Under the pieces are notes generated by a model that saw only the letters and a program-made list of their open reading frames with translations, was not told the origin of the DNA and searched no databases. A stretch of DNA of 64,000 nucleotides from Octopus sinensis (lineage: Eukaryota), in contig NC_043006.1 in assembly GCF_006345805.1 (NCBI RefSeq), positions 37,944,001-38,008,000 of the forward strand, read 5' to 3'. The position numbers and the translations under genes were made by a program. Positions within the stretch are counted from its first letter, which is position 1; every line of letters begins with the position of its first letter. Shown here one piece after another: positions 1 to 11,882 of this stretch.

Positions 1-341
1 ATGAAGGGGATTGTAGCATTATTACATAGGCTCTTCCACAACAATTTGGAAATCTAGGATACATAATCATTTGTCTTCATTCAAGTTTGGGAGAAAATAT
101 AATTCTATGAATCTTAATAAATGCATTGGGAATTTGAAAGACAGGAACATTAATTATGATATGGTTCATTATCAGTTACAATCCAACATACAATACCGGT
201 AATTTTAAATGTTATCTTTGCCTTGAGGAAATGCATTATATAATTACTTCAAAATTAAAATTACTGAATTGTAGAACTAATCTTACATTGAAATGTTCCC
301 ACAGGTACAGAAAAGCATTTAAATATTTGAATAGTAAATAA
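1..341 (+). mobile_element. Penelope-like element ORF remnant (GIY-YIG endonuclease C-terminal part, frameshifted near 160)
   Basis: Frame from 20 reads YYIGSSTTIWKSRIHNHLSSFKF...NLKDRNINYD. The track ORF 156-341 continues WFIISYNPTYNTGNFKCYLCLEEMHYII...LLNCRTNL...CSH. Together these match the YIG...R..NH..SF / W.I....Y.....C.LCL.E......LN.R....C.H pattern of Naiad-type PLE endonucleases. Confidence 0.75.
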
Positions 342-935
342 CATCTTCATTATAATTGCTTTCCCTACAATCAAATAAGCATATTTTTATAATTGATTTA
401 GCATAAACAAATAGATAACTAAATGTCACAACATAGAATTTCAGAGTCGTTGTCTACTGATATCAACATAAGTCTAAATGCTAGATTGGCTTTTCTTAGG
501 ATATTACACTTCTTTATAGTGTTCTTTTCGTAAGCATTCATATATTATAAATATCATTTCAGTTCACTTAAAATTTAAGCCATTTTGGATTACTTAGATA
601 ATATTGTGTTAGAATAAATTTTCAGATATATTCAAATGATAGGTATTTTGTATATTTTTATAAATCTAAATATGCTGGCACAACAAAAACGGTCATTGGT
701 ATTCTATGGTGCAATAACTAAATAAAGATTTGATTTCTCCATTCTTCTTCATGCTGTTATATATATATATAACAAAATATTTTGGCAATTTAAATGTTGA
801 AGTGAATCCAATGGTTTTTGTGTATTTTTAAATGGCTTATAGACACCTTCCACGCTGCAATTGTTTGTTTCAGCACAAGATCTCAGATCAGGTCACTTGC
901 TATGCAAGTACATCTCCATAATATATATATATATA

Positions 936-985
936 TAAAGTAAACAGAAAATGGAGAAATATTTCTCCATTTTCTGTTTACTTTA
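936..985. repeat. Perfect 50-bp palindrome next to a (TA)n tract
   Basis: taaagtaaacagaaaatggagaaat is followed immediately by its exact reverse complement. Confidence 0.9.
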
Positions 986-2722
986 AATTTGATTCCTGAT
1001 AAACTGTTTATCTTTGCCATCACCTGTATGAGCATAATATGCTTGCATATGTATGTCCAGGGTTAACATAGGTAATTATACTGGTAGTATAACAGATATT
1101 TTTATCCCTCAGATGGTTATTCCAACCTCTAACTTCACTAACCTTATATATATATATATACATATACACACGTATATATTACTCAAAGAAATTCCGACTG
1201 ATTTTTCATGTTTTATTTACAATCTTATAATAATATAATATAAGATAATATAATATAATGAAATGATAGAATATTAAATGTCCATTCTGATTGAACTATG
1301 CAATCTTCAGGTTCATATAGTAGTGGTGACAGTTATGTTTTACAATTTATAACTCTATACATATAACAAAGATACACACATATTTATCTATCTATCTATC
1401 TAAAGACACACACATATTTGTGTGTGTGTGTGAGTGTGTGTATTTGTTTACTTATATGCATGCAGGTGAGTTTTTTTTTGTTTTTGTCTTGTAAGTGTGG
1501 CATTAGGAAGGACATCTAACAGCAGAAACCATGCCAAAGAAGACAATGGATCTCAGTACAGTCCTCTGGTTTGTTTGTTCCTGTCGAACCATCCAATCCA
1601 TGGAAAACAGACTTGATGACGATGATGATGATGATGTGAATATGAGTTTACTTGAGTGAATTACATACCAGTTTGAGAGAGTATATGTGTCTATGTATGG
1701 TTCAAGAGCCTGAATTCCTATGAATCTATGCATTAATTAGTATCTCTCTGTCTGAATGCCGGTGCATATGTGCGTGCATATATGCACACATACAAATGTA
1801 TTTGTATAGGTGCATTCATCTATTTGTATATGAATATACATACATATGTTGTGTGGATGTATCTGCATAAACACTTCCATATTTGAATGTATTTACATGT
1901 GTGTATGCATATATGTATGGTACAAGAGTCTGTGTGTGTGTGTGTACCAAAACAGACAGTGGTGCTTGGCACAGTCCTCTGGCTTACCAGCTCCTGTGAA
2001 ACTGTCCGACCCATGCCAGCATGGAAAACAGACGGTAAATGATAATTGTGTGTGCATGTGTGTATGCTTTTGCATATATGCTTGTCTGTTTATGCGTATG
2101 CATGCATCCATGTTCTATGTATGTATGTGTGTCTATGGGTGAGCCTGTGCATGTGTATTCTTTCATATGTATGTGTGTATGGTGACGTCACCATGCACTT
2201 GTTGCTGTGCATATGTGTGTTTGTACTCAAGCATATGTTAAGCATGTGTGGTGTGTGTGTGTGTGCATACATGTGTACAAACATATATATCTATGTATGC
2301 ATGTATGTGTGTATACATGTACATATAACTATATATGCACAAGTGGGCATGTATGGCTCTGTGTTTTCATGTTTATATATAAGTACATGCATGTGTGTAT
2401 ATATACATATGCATACATGTGTGTGTATAAATGGGTACAAGTACAAGTGTACGTTCATGAATGTGTACGTATGCGTGCATTTATGTGTGTATGCACAGTT
2501 GAACAAATGTGTGTGTATACTTGTCAACGTGAACATCTGACCATATATAAACATGCTATTGATTACCTTTCTCTATACAAACCATTAATTAAACTCTTTT
2601 GTTCATCACAGTCTAATTCACCTGTGTGTCTACTTGATTTATTACATGGCCACCTGTAGCCATCTGCAGTATAAGACAGCTGTCTTGCTGTTTCCTCTCA
2701 GTCATCCATCTATATCAGAGTC

Positions 2723-3280
2723 TGTGAATTGGCAGAAACGTTAGCACGCCGGGTGAAATGCTTAGAGGTATTTTGTCTGCCGTTACGTTCTCATTTCAAA
2801 TTCCACTGAGGTCGACTTTGCCTTTCACCCCTTCGGGAAGGCGGCAAGTTTTCAGAAATGTTAGCACACCGGGCGAAGTGTTCAGTGGTATTTCGTCTGC
2901 TGTTACATTCTGAGTTCAAATTCCATCGAGGTCAACTTTGCCTTTCATCCTTCCGGGGTTGATAAATTAAGTACCAGTTACGCACTGGGGTCGATGTCAT
3001 CGACTTAATCCCTTTGTCTGTCCTCTATGTTTAGCCCCTTGTGGGCAATAAAGAAATTAGAAACATTAGCATGCTGGGCGAAATGCTAAGCGGTATTTTG
3101 TCTGCCGTTATGTTCTGAGTTCAAATTCCGCTGAGGTCGACATTGCCTTTCATCCTTCCATGGTCGATAAATTAAATACCAGTTATGCACTGGGTTCGGT
3201 GTAATCGACTTAATCCCTTTGTCTGTCCTTGTTTTTTCCTTCTGTGTTTAGCCCCTTGTGGTCAATAAAGAAATAAGAAA
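2723..3280 (+). mobile_element. Head-to-tail trimer of SINE family C
   Basis: Three successive units ggcagaaacgttagcac...gagttcaaattcc...gtcgactttgcctttcatcc. Two of them end in tttagccccttgtgg..aataaagaaat. B-box-like gagttcaaattcc. Confidence 0.85.
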
Positions 3281-3399
3281 TGGTAGAGCATAAAATAGAA
3301 TGCCTTGTGTTATTTGTTTCAGATCTCTAAACTCTGATTTCAAATCCTATTCAGGCCAAGATTACCTTCCATCCTTTTGAGGGTCAACAAATAATTGGT

Positions 3400-3905
3400 A
3401 ATCTGTCAGTTATAATCAGGGATCCAACAGAACAGACTGCTCATGAAAATTATGAGTAAGTGATTGAGTACTCTATGGACATATATACCCTTAACTCTTT
3501 ACCATTCAGAGTACTTTATCAAATAATGTCCTTTTATACTCACACTGTTTGGAATTAAGCATGTACTATCTTGTAGCTTCAAGATTTCAAATGATGTGAT
3601 TAATTACTTTTAGAATGACATTGTAAGGTAAGTGTGAGAGGCCAGATCTGACTGGTTTGAACAGGTAGAATATTTTAGATATGGCCAGTTTCAATGTAGT
3701 CCTCAAAGAGATTCAAAATGAAACAGAATGTGACAAGGCTGGCCCTTTAAATTACGGGTTCAACTCATTTTTACCAGCTGAGTGGACTGGAGAAGCACGA
3801 AATAAAGTATCTTGCTTAAGAACACAATGTGTCGCCAGGAATTGAACTCAAAACCTTATGATCATTAACTGAATACCCTTGACCACTAAGCCATGCACCT
3901 TCACA
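3400..3905 (-). mobile_element. SINE family B, interrupted by a piggyBac-like MITE
   Basis: tRNA-like head on the minus strand at about 3840-3903. Body is homologous to 12270-12570 and is split at cccTTAA (3491). Confidence 0.75.
3491..3693 (-). mobile_element. piggyBac-like (TTAA) MITE with one end deleted
   Basis: Starts ttaactctttaccattcaga, the reverse complement of the tctgaa.cctaaagggttaa end at 36692-36711. Internal gtgtgagaggccagatc is homologous to the 36144-36707 element. Confidence 0.7.
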
Positions 3906-4099
3906 CAGTCAAGAAGTAAACCAGTACCAAATACTGGGATTGATACTCCACCACCTCTCACTCTTTCTCTTATGCCCCTTCTAAGCCACCTGAGCACACT
4001 CCCTAGTTTATCAAGTAATCTCTGTGCTTACACTCCCACCTCTTCCCCTACCCATTTCCTGCCATCCTACTACCATTGCTTTCTCTCCTATTCCCCTCC

Positions 4100-4260
4100 T
4101 TGGTCTATACATCTTAGGTAACTGAGCTGGCGCCACAAGAAACCATGCCCAGTACAATCTGTGAGATGGTTGCTGATAGCAAGGCCTTCTCGTCATTGAA
4201 ACCAACTCATCCCAGATCTTTCTAGGTCTACCTCTTCCTCAGGTTCTCTCAACCGCTAGG
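4100..4260 (-). mobile_element. RTE-like LINE C-terminal fragment
   Basis: Minus strand reads LAVERT*GRGRPRKIWDELV, the GRGRPRKTW motif typical of RTE ORF ends. Confidence 0.5.
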
Positions 4261-5339
4261 AGAGAGATCTATCAATGCGTGTCTTTGTATCTGTGTCTGA
4301 CCCCCACCACAGCTTGACAACTGAAAAACCAACTGTATGGCGATTTCTGTGCTGATGAAGAGAAATAACCCAGAAATCATGATACACAGATATTGTTTTG
4401 AGCTGAGTGGGGGTGCTAGATTCCTTTGTTTGAAAATATAAGAACACAGATCGTGTCATAAAGTCAGCTGGAGATGATGTCTCCTGGGGGTAAATTACAG
4501 CAACATTAGTCCTAAACCAAGACTGCCATGTTATGTTGGCAAACAGTCTTTACTACAAAACACTTCATTTCATATTACTCCAGTTCACTCAACTGGAGAA
4601 AATGAGTAATCCTGCGACAAGCCAGTGTCCTGTTCAGGTGGGGAATATGCCAGGAAACCAGGGAAGCCAGCCCCTGTATGTTGGTATGACACAAGAAGGT
4701 AACTTTACTTTATCTTACATTGAGGGTATGCCTAGGCACATCACACCATGCTCTATTTTTTTTTCTCTCTCTCTTTCACCAACTGGGGTAACCATGTATC
4801 TCTTCCAGAGCAAGACACCTGTTTCTGTCCCCATATCATAAGTTTTACTTCTCATCATCTGGCGCAAGGGCCCCCTCCTTCAATACTACCCCCGCTCACA
4901 CCTCAGTTAAAGAATTTTGCTGCTGTCACATAAAATGCACCTGGTACACTTTGTAAAGTGGTTAGCATAAGGAAAGGCATCCGGTTGTAGAAACCATGCC
5001 GAAGCCAATAGTTGAGCTTGATACAGTCCTCTGGTTTGCCAGCTCCTGTCAAACTGTCGAACTCATGCCAGCATGGAAAACTACATTAGATGATAATGAT
5101 GATAGATATGTCTGTAAATTCAACTGTGTATATGAGCACAAATCAAAACAAGCTCTTATAAAATAATTAAATTCTGTCTCTATAGATTCTATTAAAGTTT
5201 GGAAAAATGAAATATATCTTAATAAAGACTGACTTTATAATCATCACTTATGTGTATACATTTTATGGGGCAGCCTCTGTGTGTGTATATGCACCAGCAT
5301 GGAAGATGGATGTTAAATAAAAATGATGATAATGATTTT

Positions 5340-5392
<53 letters not shown>

Positions 5393-5638
5393 TATACATA
5401 ATACATATATACATATACACACACACATATATATATAGGTTATGAGAAGTAATGGTGTCATTGAGACCCAAAGATATCTATTTTATATCTTATCTAAATT
5501 AACTATTTCATAACCATCCTCTCACATGAAGTGATATAATAAATATCCTGGAAACAGCAGTAAGACCTTCTATCTATAAATTTCTAAAATCTACACAGCC
5601 TTGGGTTTTTTATCTTATTAAGAAAAAAAAATTATATA

Positions 5639-5710
<72 letters not shown>

Positions 5711-5728
5711 ATATATACATATATATAT

Positions 5729-5922
5729 AGTTGAAACTTATAGAAAAACAAAGGACAAAGAGAAATATAGGAACAAGAAGCAAGTGTATTAGTTTAATGC
5801 TCAGGAAAAATGGAAAAGCCTTTTATGTTTCGAGCCTATGCTCTTCAACAGAAAGGAATAAGAGGAAGTAAACAGAGAGAGAATGGTAAAAAACATGTAG
5901 AGTTCAGTGGTCTAACATGCTG
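5729..5922 (-). mobile_element. HHR-bearing PLE-type non-autonomous repeat (CTGTTGA core variant)
   Basis: Minus strand: cttt CTGTTGA agagc atag gctc GAAAC ata aaag. Near-identical to 55187-55380 and sits in (TA)n. Confidence 0.65.
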
Positions 5923-5976
5923 ATATATAATAATTATATATATATGTGCATGGAAGGTGGATGTTAAACGATGTTG

Positions 5977-6014
<38 letters not shown>

Positions 6015-6017
<3 letters not shown>

Positions 6018-6249
6018 GGTGTTCAAAACGTCTCTTCACAGTAAGTATTTTATTGCAAAATACATATTTCTAAGATGGTTTAAGACTACAAAAGAATATA
6101 TTAGACTTTACAAGAATTTTTTAAAAATTTATAAGAGGTGTTGAAAGTGTCGTCCTTCATTTTCAATACATAAGCTGACTCTTCTACACGTTTCAACATA
6201 CATTTTGGAGAGAAAAAATTCACTGCAGAGAGACTTTTTGAGCACCCTG
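6015..6249 (-). mobile_element. Tc1/mariner-type MITE (internal deletion derivative)
   Basis: TIRs cagggtgttcaaaacgtctct / agagactttttgagcaccctg flanked by TA. The minus strand retains the transposase C-terminus CIENEGRHFQHLL*. Confidence 0.85.
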
Positions 6250-6284
<35 letters not shown>

Positions 6285-6317
6285 TGTGTGTGTGTGTGTA
6301 TGTATGTATGTATATAT

Positions 6318-6575
6318 CATCATCATCATCATCATCATCATAGTTGTTTAATATCTACTTTCCATGCTGGCATAGGTTGGATGGTTTGACTGAGGACTGG
6401 CAAGCCAGGAGGTTGCACCATGCTCCAATTTGATTTGGCAAAGCTTCTACCACTGGATGCCCTCCCTAATGCCAACCACTCCAAGAGTGTAGTGGGTGCT
6501 TTTTACGTGCCACACTGGCATCAGCCATACTCGAATGATGCTCTTTACATGTCACTGGTACGGGTGCCAGTCAGG
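6318..6575 (-). mobile_element. SINE/retroposon family D ((GAT)n tail)
   Basis: Reverse complement of aaaagcacccactacactc..ggagtggttggc..agggcatccag..ccagcatggaaa..gatgatgat. Confidence 0.8.
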
Positions 6576-6609
6576 CATACATAGATATATATATATATAT
6601 ATATATATA

Positions 6610-7071
6610 TGCCACTCAAAAGTACCTTGGATCGTAGGACGATATGCTGTACTTGAGGAGATCTATTGAGTCAAGTACATTAACATCAAATCAAATCAAA
6701 TGGAAATTGTAGTTGTGAACTCCTGTGCCGGTAGCACGTAAAAAGCACCAACCGAACGCAGCAGATGCTAGTGCCGCTTTGACTGGCTTCCATGCCAGTG
6801 GCATATAAAAAGCACCATCTGATCGTGGTTGATGCCAACACCCTGGCCCCTGTGCCGGTGGCATGTAAAAGGCACCCACTACGCTCTTGGAGTGGTTGGC
6901 ATTACGAAGGGCATCCAGCTGTAGAAACACTGCCAGATCAGATTGGGGCCTGGTGCAGCCTCCTGGCTTCCCAGACCCACAGATGAACCATTCAACCGAT
7001 GCCAGCATGGAAAACGGATGTTAAATGATGATGATGATGATGATGATGATGACGATGATGATGATGATGAT
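6610..7071 (+). mobile_element. SINE/retroposon family D with internal sub-repeats
   Basis: Repeated tgccggtggca.gtaaaaagcacc modules, then the conserved body and (GAT)n tail. Similar copies at about 1495-1635, 4930-5105, 8803-8930, 12720-12900, 17510-17765(-), 42905-43165(-), 48050-48330, 50745-50920 and 55385-55750. Confidence 0.8.
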
Positions 7072-7517
7072 ACGCCTGTACCTTTAAATAAAATGCAGTT
7101 GGCTTAGGCTCCTTCATTAACCGCAACAAGCATTTGCAGCAATTTCCTAAATGCTCTTCCCTTCATCACTATATTCATCATCTTTCTAGCTGCAGTACAT
7201 TCCCCACCACTACACACCCCTTCTACCCGACCCCCGTCATTGACAACGCCACTACAAAACTCTACCATCACAAGCAGCAGCACTACTATCAGTATAATGA
7301 CCAACTCTACACTTTGTCTGCCCCACCCACCAAACCAATATGTGCTGTGCAAGAATGCCAGCTGTACAAGATGCTGAGACCATATCTGTACCATGTTGAG
7401 GCAATCTTCGGAAATTTACTTCCTGTTGCATCAAACAGCTGGTGCTGCATGCATAGTCTCTCCATATCTACCACTTTTTCCTGTGCGCACACACACACAC
7501 AATGTGTATATATATAT

Positions 7518-7872
7518 AGGCACAGACATGGCTGTGTTGTAAGTAGCTTGCTTCCTAACCACATGGTTCTGGGTTCAGTCTCACTGCATTGCACCTTGGG
7601 CAAGTGTCTTCTACTATAGCCTCAAGCCGACCAAAGCCTTGTGAGTGGATTTGGTAGACAGAAACTGAAGGAAGCTTGTCATATATATATACATATATAT
7701 ATATATGTACATGTGTGTGTGTGGGGGTTTGTGTATGTGTGTGTATGTTTGTGTGTCTGGGCATGGCCACAGTCTGATGAGTGAAACACGTAAGAGATAA
7801 AAGATAAGGTGGTGCCCCGGCATGGCCGCAGTCTGATGACTGAAACACATAAGAGATAAAGGATAAAAGATA
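7518..7872 (+). mobile_element. SINE family A with duplicated 3' tail
   Basis: Head ggctgtgttgtaagtagcttg..gggttcagtc, body ccttgtgagtggatttggtagac. The tail gcatggcc.cagtctgatga.tgaaacac.taagagataaa occurs twice. Confidence 0.8.
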
Positions 7873-8029
7873 TATTTAGATATGATGCTTGGTCTGTGAT
7901 TGAGTTACATAACAAATATCGCAGTATACATATATGTTTTCCTCCGTTTCCAACTGATGATACCTTGATGTTTAACTTTGATTTCCATGCCAGTCTAGAC
8001 AGACATCACAGAGGTATCACAACCATGTG

Positions 8030-8400
8030 ATTGGTTGCATACAAGATTTGGAGAATGCTTATAGTATTTATTACGGGTTTCAATGTGGATGTGCCTGCAT
8101 ACTATCCAATCGATATAGCTATATACCCAGCTCAGCTATGTCGTATGGATAAATTCTGTCTTTGCTAAGACTGGCAACACAGCAGTGATCAGGTCGATGT
8201 TTTCTTTAGGCTGATTGGCTAGTTTGCCTTCTGTTTTATTATTGTGATTCTGGTTGTTTTTAGTGGTTATGCATTGATCGTGTATTGCTTAAATCAGATT
8301 TTCTGTATGTGCTTTCGCTTTTAAGCTTTTCATGCAAGAGTTGGTTTGATATTTTGTTATTAGCTCTCTTCCTTTCTATCCAGTCTAACAGAATACAGAA
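8030..8400 (-). mobile_element. Degenerate R4/Dong-like (RLE) non-LTR retrotransposon fragment
   Basis: Minus-strand pieces KAKAHTENLI*AIHDQCITT, ENIDLITAVLPVLAKTEFI, YIDWIVCRH and NKYYKHSP resemble the TE.LI.A.QDQ / E.IDHI...C..LA..EY..RH / KWY.H.P region. Confidence 0.55.
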
Positions 8401-8713
8401 CATGGAGAAAATTTATAAGATTTTTCTCTTCGCTTTCCTTTCAATTTTCTCATGGATTTCAATTTTAAATTCATCTTTTGTTTTTGATAATCTTTTTGTT
8501 GTTTCTCTCCTCTTCTGAACTACTTCTCTTTTCAGTATACTAAACTTATACTTAGGTATTTCATAGTTTACTTATTAGCAAAGTTGGTAGAGTGATGTAT
8601 TAAATGTTTTGGAGCATTCCTTTATAGTCATGGATTGACCAATGTCTCGTGAGTGACTTTAGAAACCTGTTGTACATACACACAATAATAACAATAAAAA
8701 TATTTGTTGTAGC

Positions 8714-8765
<52 letters not shown>

Positions 8766-9039
8766 ACAACAACATCGGAAAAATATCTTAGGAATGAGAA
8801 CCCAGCTGTAGAAACCTTGCCAAATCAGATTAGAGCCTGGAACAGCCTTCTGGCTAGCCAATCCTCAGTCAAACTGTCCAACCATGCCAGCATGAAAAGC
8901 AGATGTTAAACGACAATGATGATGATGACGTGTGTGTGTGTGTGTGTGTATTTATATGTATGCATATGTACATAGATATGCATGTGTATATATGTATACA
9001 CACACACACATATATATGTATATGTATGTATATATTACT

Positions 9040-9172
9040 CTTTTACTTGTTTCAGTCATATGACTGTGGCCATGCTGGAGCACTGCCTTTAGTCGAACTG
9101 CTAAGTTATGGGGGACATTGTCAAGCAATGTTGGAGGGACAAACACAGACATACAAACATATAGACAGACAG

Positions 9173-9210
<38 letters not shown>

Positions 9211-9610
9211 GTATATATCATATGTATATATCATCATCATCATCATCATCATCATTTAGCGTCCGCTTTCCATGCTTGCATGGGTTGGACGGTTCAACTG
9301 GGGTCTGTGAAGCTGGAAGGCTTCGTCAGGCCCAAACACTGCCAGATCTGACTGGGCCTGACGAAGCCTTCCAGCTTCACAGACCCCAGTTGAACCGTCC
9401 AACCCATGCTAGCATGGAAAGCGGACGCTAAATGATGATGATATATACATATATACAACAGGCTTCTTTCAGTTTCCGTCTACCAAATCCACTCATAAGG
9501 CTTTGGTGAGCCCGAGGCTATTGTAGAAGACACATGCCCAAGGTGCCACGCAGTGGGACTGAACCCGGAACCATGTGGTTGGCAAGCAAGCTACTTATAC
9601 ACAGCCACTC

Positions 9611-9612
<2 letters not shown>
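9040..9612 (-). mobile_element. SINE family A, interrupted by the 9220-9452 fold-back
   Basis: Tail ttttacttgtttcagtca..tggccatgctggagcac at about 9040. Head acagccactcct at about 9601-9612. Confidence 0.85.
9220..9452. repeat. Near-perfect inverted repeat of the family D 3' end (about 90-bp arms, 18-nt loop)
   Basis: About 9245-9334 is the reverse complement of 9353-9442 with one mismatch. Loop aacactgccagatctgac. Confidence 0.9.
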
Positions 9613-9663
<51 letters not shown>

Positions 9664-9899
9664 TATACACACACACATGCTGATATATATTATAGATAGA
9701 TAGATATATGTATATACACACACACACACACACATTTATATACATACATAATATATATACATGCATGTATATATATGCACACACATGTGCATACATATAT
9801 GTATGTGTTTGTGTGTTAACACACATAAACAGAAAGGAAGTGTTTAGAATCAAATTGCAATTAGTCAGGTTACATACACTCATCATTGTCTTTTATGGA

Positions 9900-10690
9900 G
9901 ATTTTCATCAGCATCATCATCGCCACCATCAACACGTGTGCATCACATTTTATGGCTATTTCTTCATCATCATCATTATCATCGTCGTCAGCACCATCAT
10001 CATGGTCATGATCATAATTCGCCTCTTGAGTATTGCTATCATCATCATCACCATAAAGATCATCTTTCACCTGCCACCCACCCTTACCACCACCGTTTTC
10101 ATGGTTACCAACATTATCATTAATGCCATCGCCTGGAACACAGTTATTAACACCACCAGGAGATAGACCATCATCATCGTCGTCATCGTCGTTGTCATCA
10201 CCACCATTGTCACTGTTGTTATCATGGTTACCATCATCATCATCATCATCGTCATCATCACGGCCATCATCGTTTTGGTTATCTTTATGATTTTCATATC
10301 TGCCATCACTAAAATCATAAGCATAACCATCATCACCAGAGACAACATCTTGATAGCAGCAGCAGCAGCAGTAGTAGTAGCAGCAGCAGCAGTAGCAGCA
10401 GCAGCAGTATTAGTAGTAGTGGCAGCAGGAGCAGTTATTGTCTTCTTTCTATTCGTCTTAATCTTCACAGATATCATTACTTCCATTACCACCTCCACCA
10501 CCACCACCACTACCACCACCACTACCACCACCACCACCATCATCATCCCCATGACCGTCATCATCAGTATATACTTGCAAGTCTTCAAGGTAATCATCAT
10601 CATCATCATCATCACTTTATATTCATATTAAGTCTTCAAGGTTATTACCATCATCTGCACTTTATCATCATCATCATCATCATCATCATC
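9900..10690. repeat. Compound degenerate trinucleotide microsatellite (CAT/CAC/GCA/GTA)
   Basis: Direct inspection. Similar tracts at 15690-16080, 33750-34220, 37060-37470 and 46120-46480. Confidence 0.9.
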
Positions 10691-11202
10691 TATTTGATTT
10701 TAGACAAGTTGACAATGGGAACATCTACATCATCATCGAAATTACTAGAAATAGCAGCTAATTCATCCCCTTTAAATCAAATCCTATCAATTATCTCAGA
10801 GCACAGCATGTTGGGGTAATGTGATCCTGCACATAAGTAAAAGACATGATGGCCATCGCAGCATTGTCTTTGATCAGAGGTCAGCTTGGTAGAAGCTGAC
10901 CGGGAGCTAAATAGCAACCACTTGATTTCAGAGGTAATGTGAGCATTTGTGCATGGTGGCTTGACATATTGTGTTGAGTGAAAAGGTAACATTTTTGCTT
11001 TATTCCTCAAGTCAAACAAAAGCAACCAAACATTCAAAATAGAGTTTTTTGTGTTGCACCATCTGAAGCCATTTTTCAGCAAGTAATTACTTGATTCAAT
11101 CCTTGTCTTACGTCATGTGCTTGTGACACTTCATCAACCAAGAGGAGGAGGAAACTTCAGTGAAGGACTTCTTCAACTAATATTCAACTAATATTACCTA
11201 AT

Positions 11203-11509
11203 TTACATTATTTACATATGATAGATATTTGTCCTCATCTTGTTTGTTGGTAACACAACGTTTCAGCTGATATACCCTCCAGCATCATCAGGTGTCTTGG
11301 GGAAATTTTGAACCTGGGTTCTCCTTCCTAAAGTATTTTTCGATGTTATTGTTGTTATTATTATTATTATTATTATTACTATTCAGGTCACTGCCTGGAA
11401 TCGAACTCAGAATCTTGGAGTTAGTAGCCCGCGCTTTTAACCACCACGCCATATGCCCATGGTCAAATGTAAATAATGTAAATAATTCCTCATCTCTTAA
11501 ATATAGAAC
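11203..11509 (-). mobile_element. tRNA-headed HHR retroelement (inverted full copy plus forward 3' end), 13-bp TSD
   Basis: Minus strand: tRNA-like head (gtggtggttaa A-box, gagttcgattcc B-box), (TAA)n, then gacacCTGATGAtgctg-gagggtatat-cagctGAAACgttgtgtt. Forward 3' piece at 11462-11509. aatattacctaat is duplicated at 11190-11202 and 11510-11522. Confidence 0.8.
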
Positions 11510-11882
11510 AATATTACCTAATATTCTAATATATTATACCATAAATAAATCTTGACATTTTTTTTTATTATAATAAATAGATATTTAAATATATAATATA
11601 TGATAAAAAACTAATATAACAAATATTATTAATAATAAAAGAATAAATATTATTTTATTGCATCTGGGGAGAGTCATTCTCTTTTAGTGCTTTATTAATT
11701 TAACAAACTCACCGGCTTGATTTCTACTCATTTACTTATTATTTTTTACTTTTTTTTTTACTAAAATTTTTGTTGCAATTTGCAGCCTTTTCGATAGTTG
11801 TTAATCCTGTCCGTTATTGGAATTGCTTTTTTTTTTTTTTTATGCACCACAAACAAAAATGAAATAAATATAACACTGTTCA

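Noticed and set aside
860-900. Minus-strand ctgatctga...gaaac as a hammerhead variant
   Set aside because: Core spacing is wrong and I could not form stem II.
2046-2659. Long Cys/Val/Tyr/His/Thr-rich ORFs (also 32565-33239, 45331-46004, 61937-62521)
   Set aside because: Translation of (TG)n/(TA)n alternating purine-pyrimidine tracts, which lack stop codons.
7770-7800. CTGATGAgtGAAAC as a hammerhead
   Set aside because: No room for stem II. It is a variant of the SINE A tail stem-loop cagtc..tgactgaaac.
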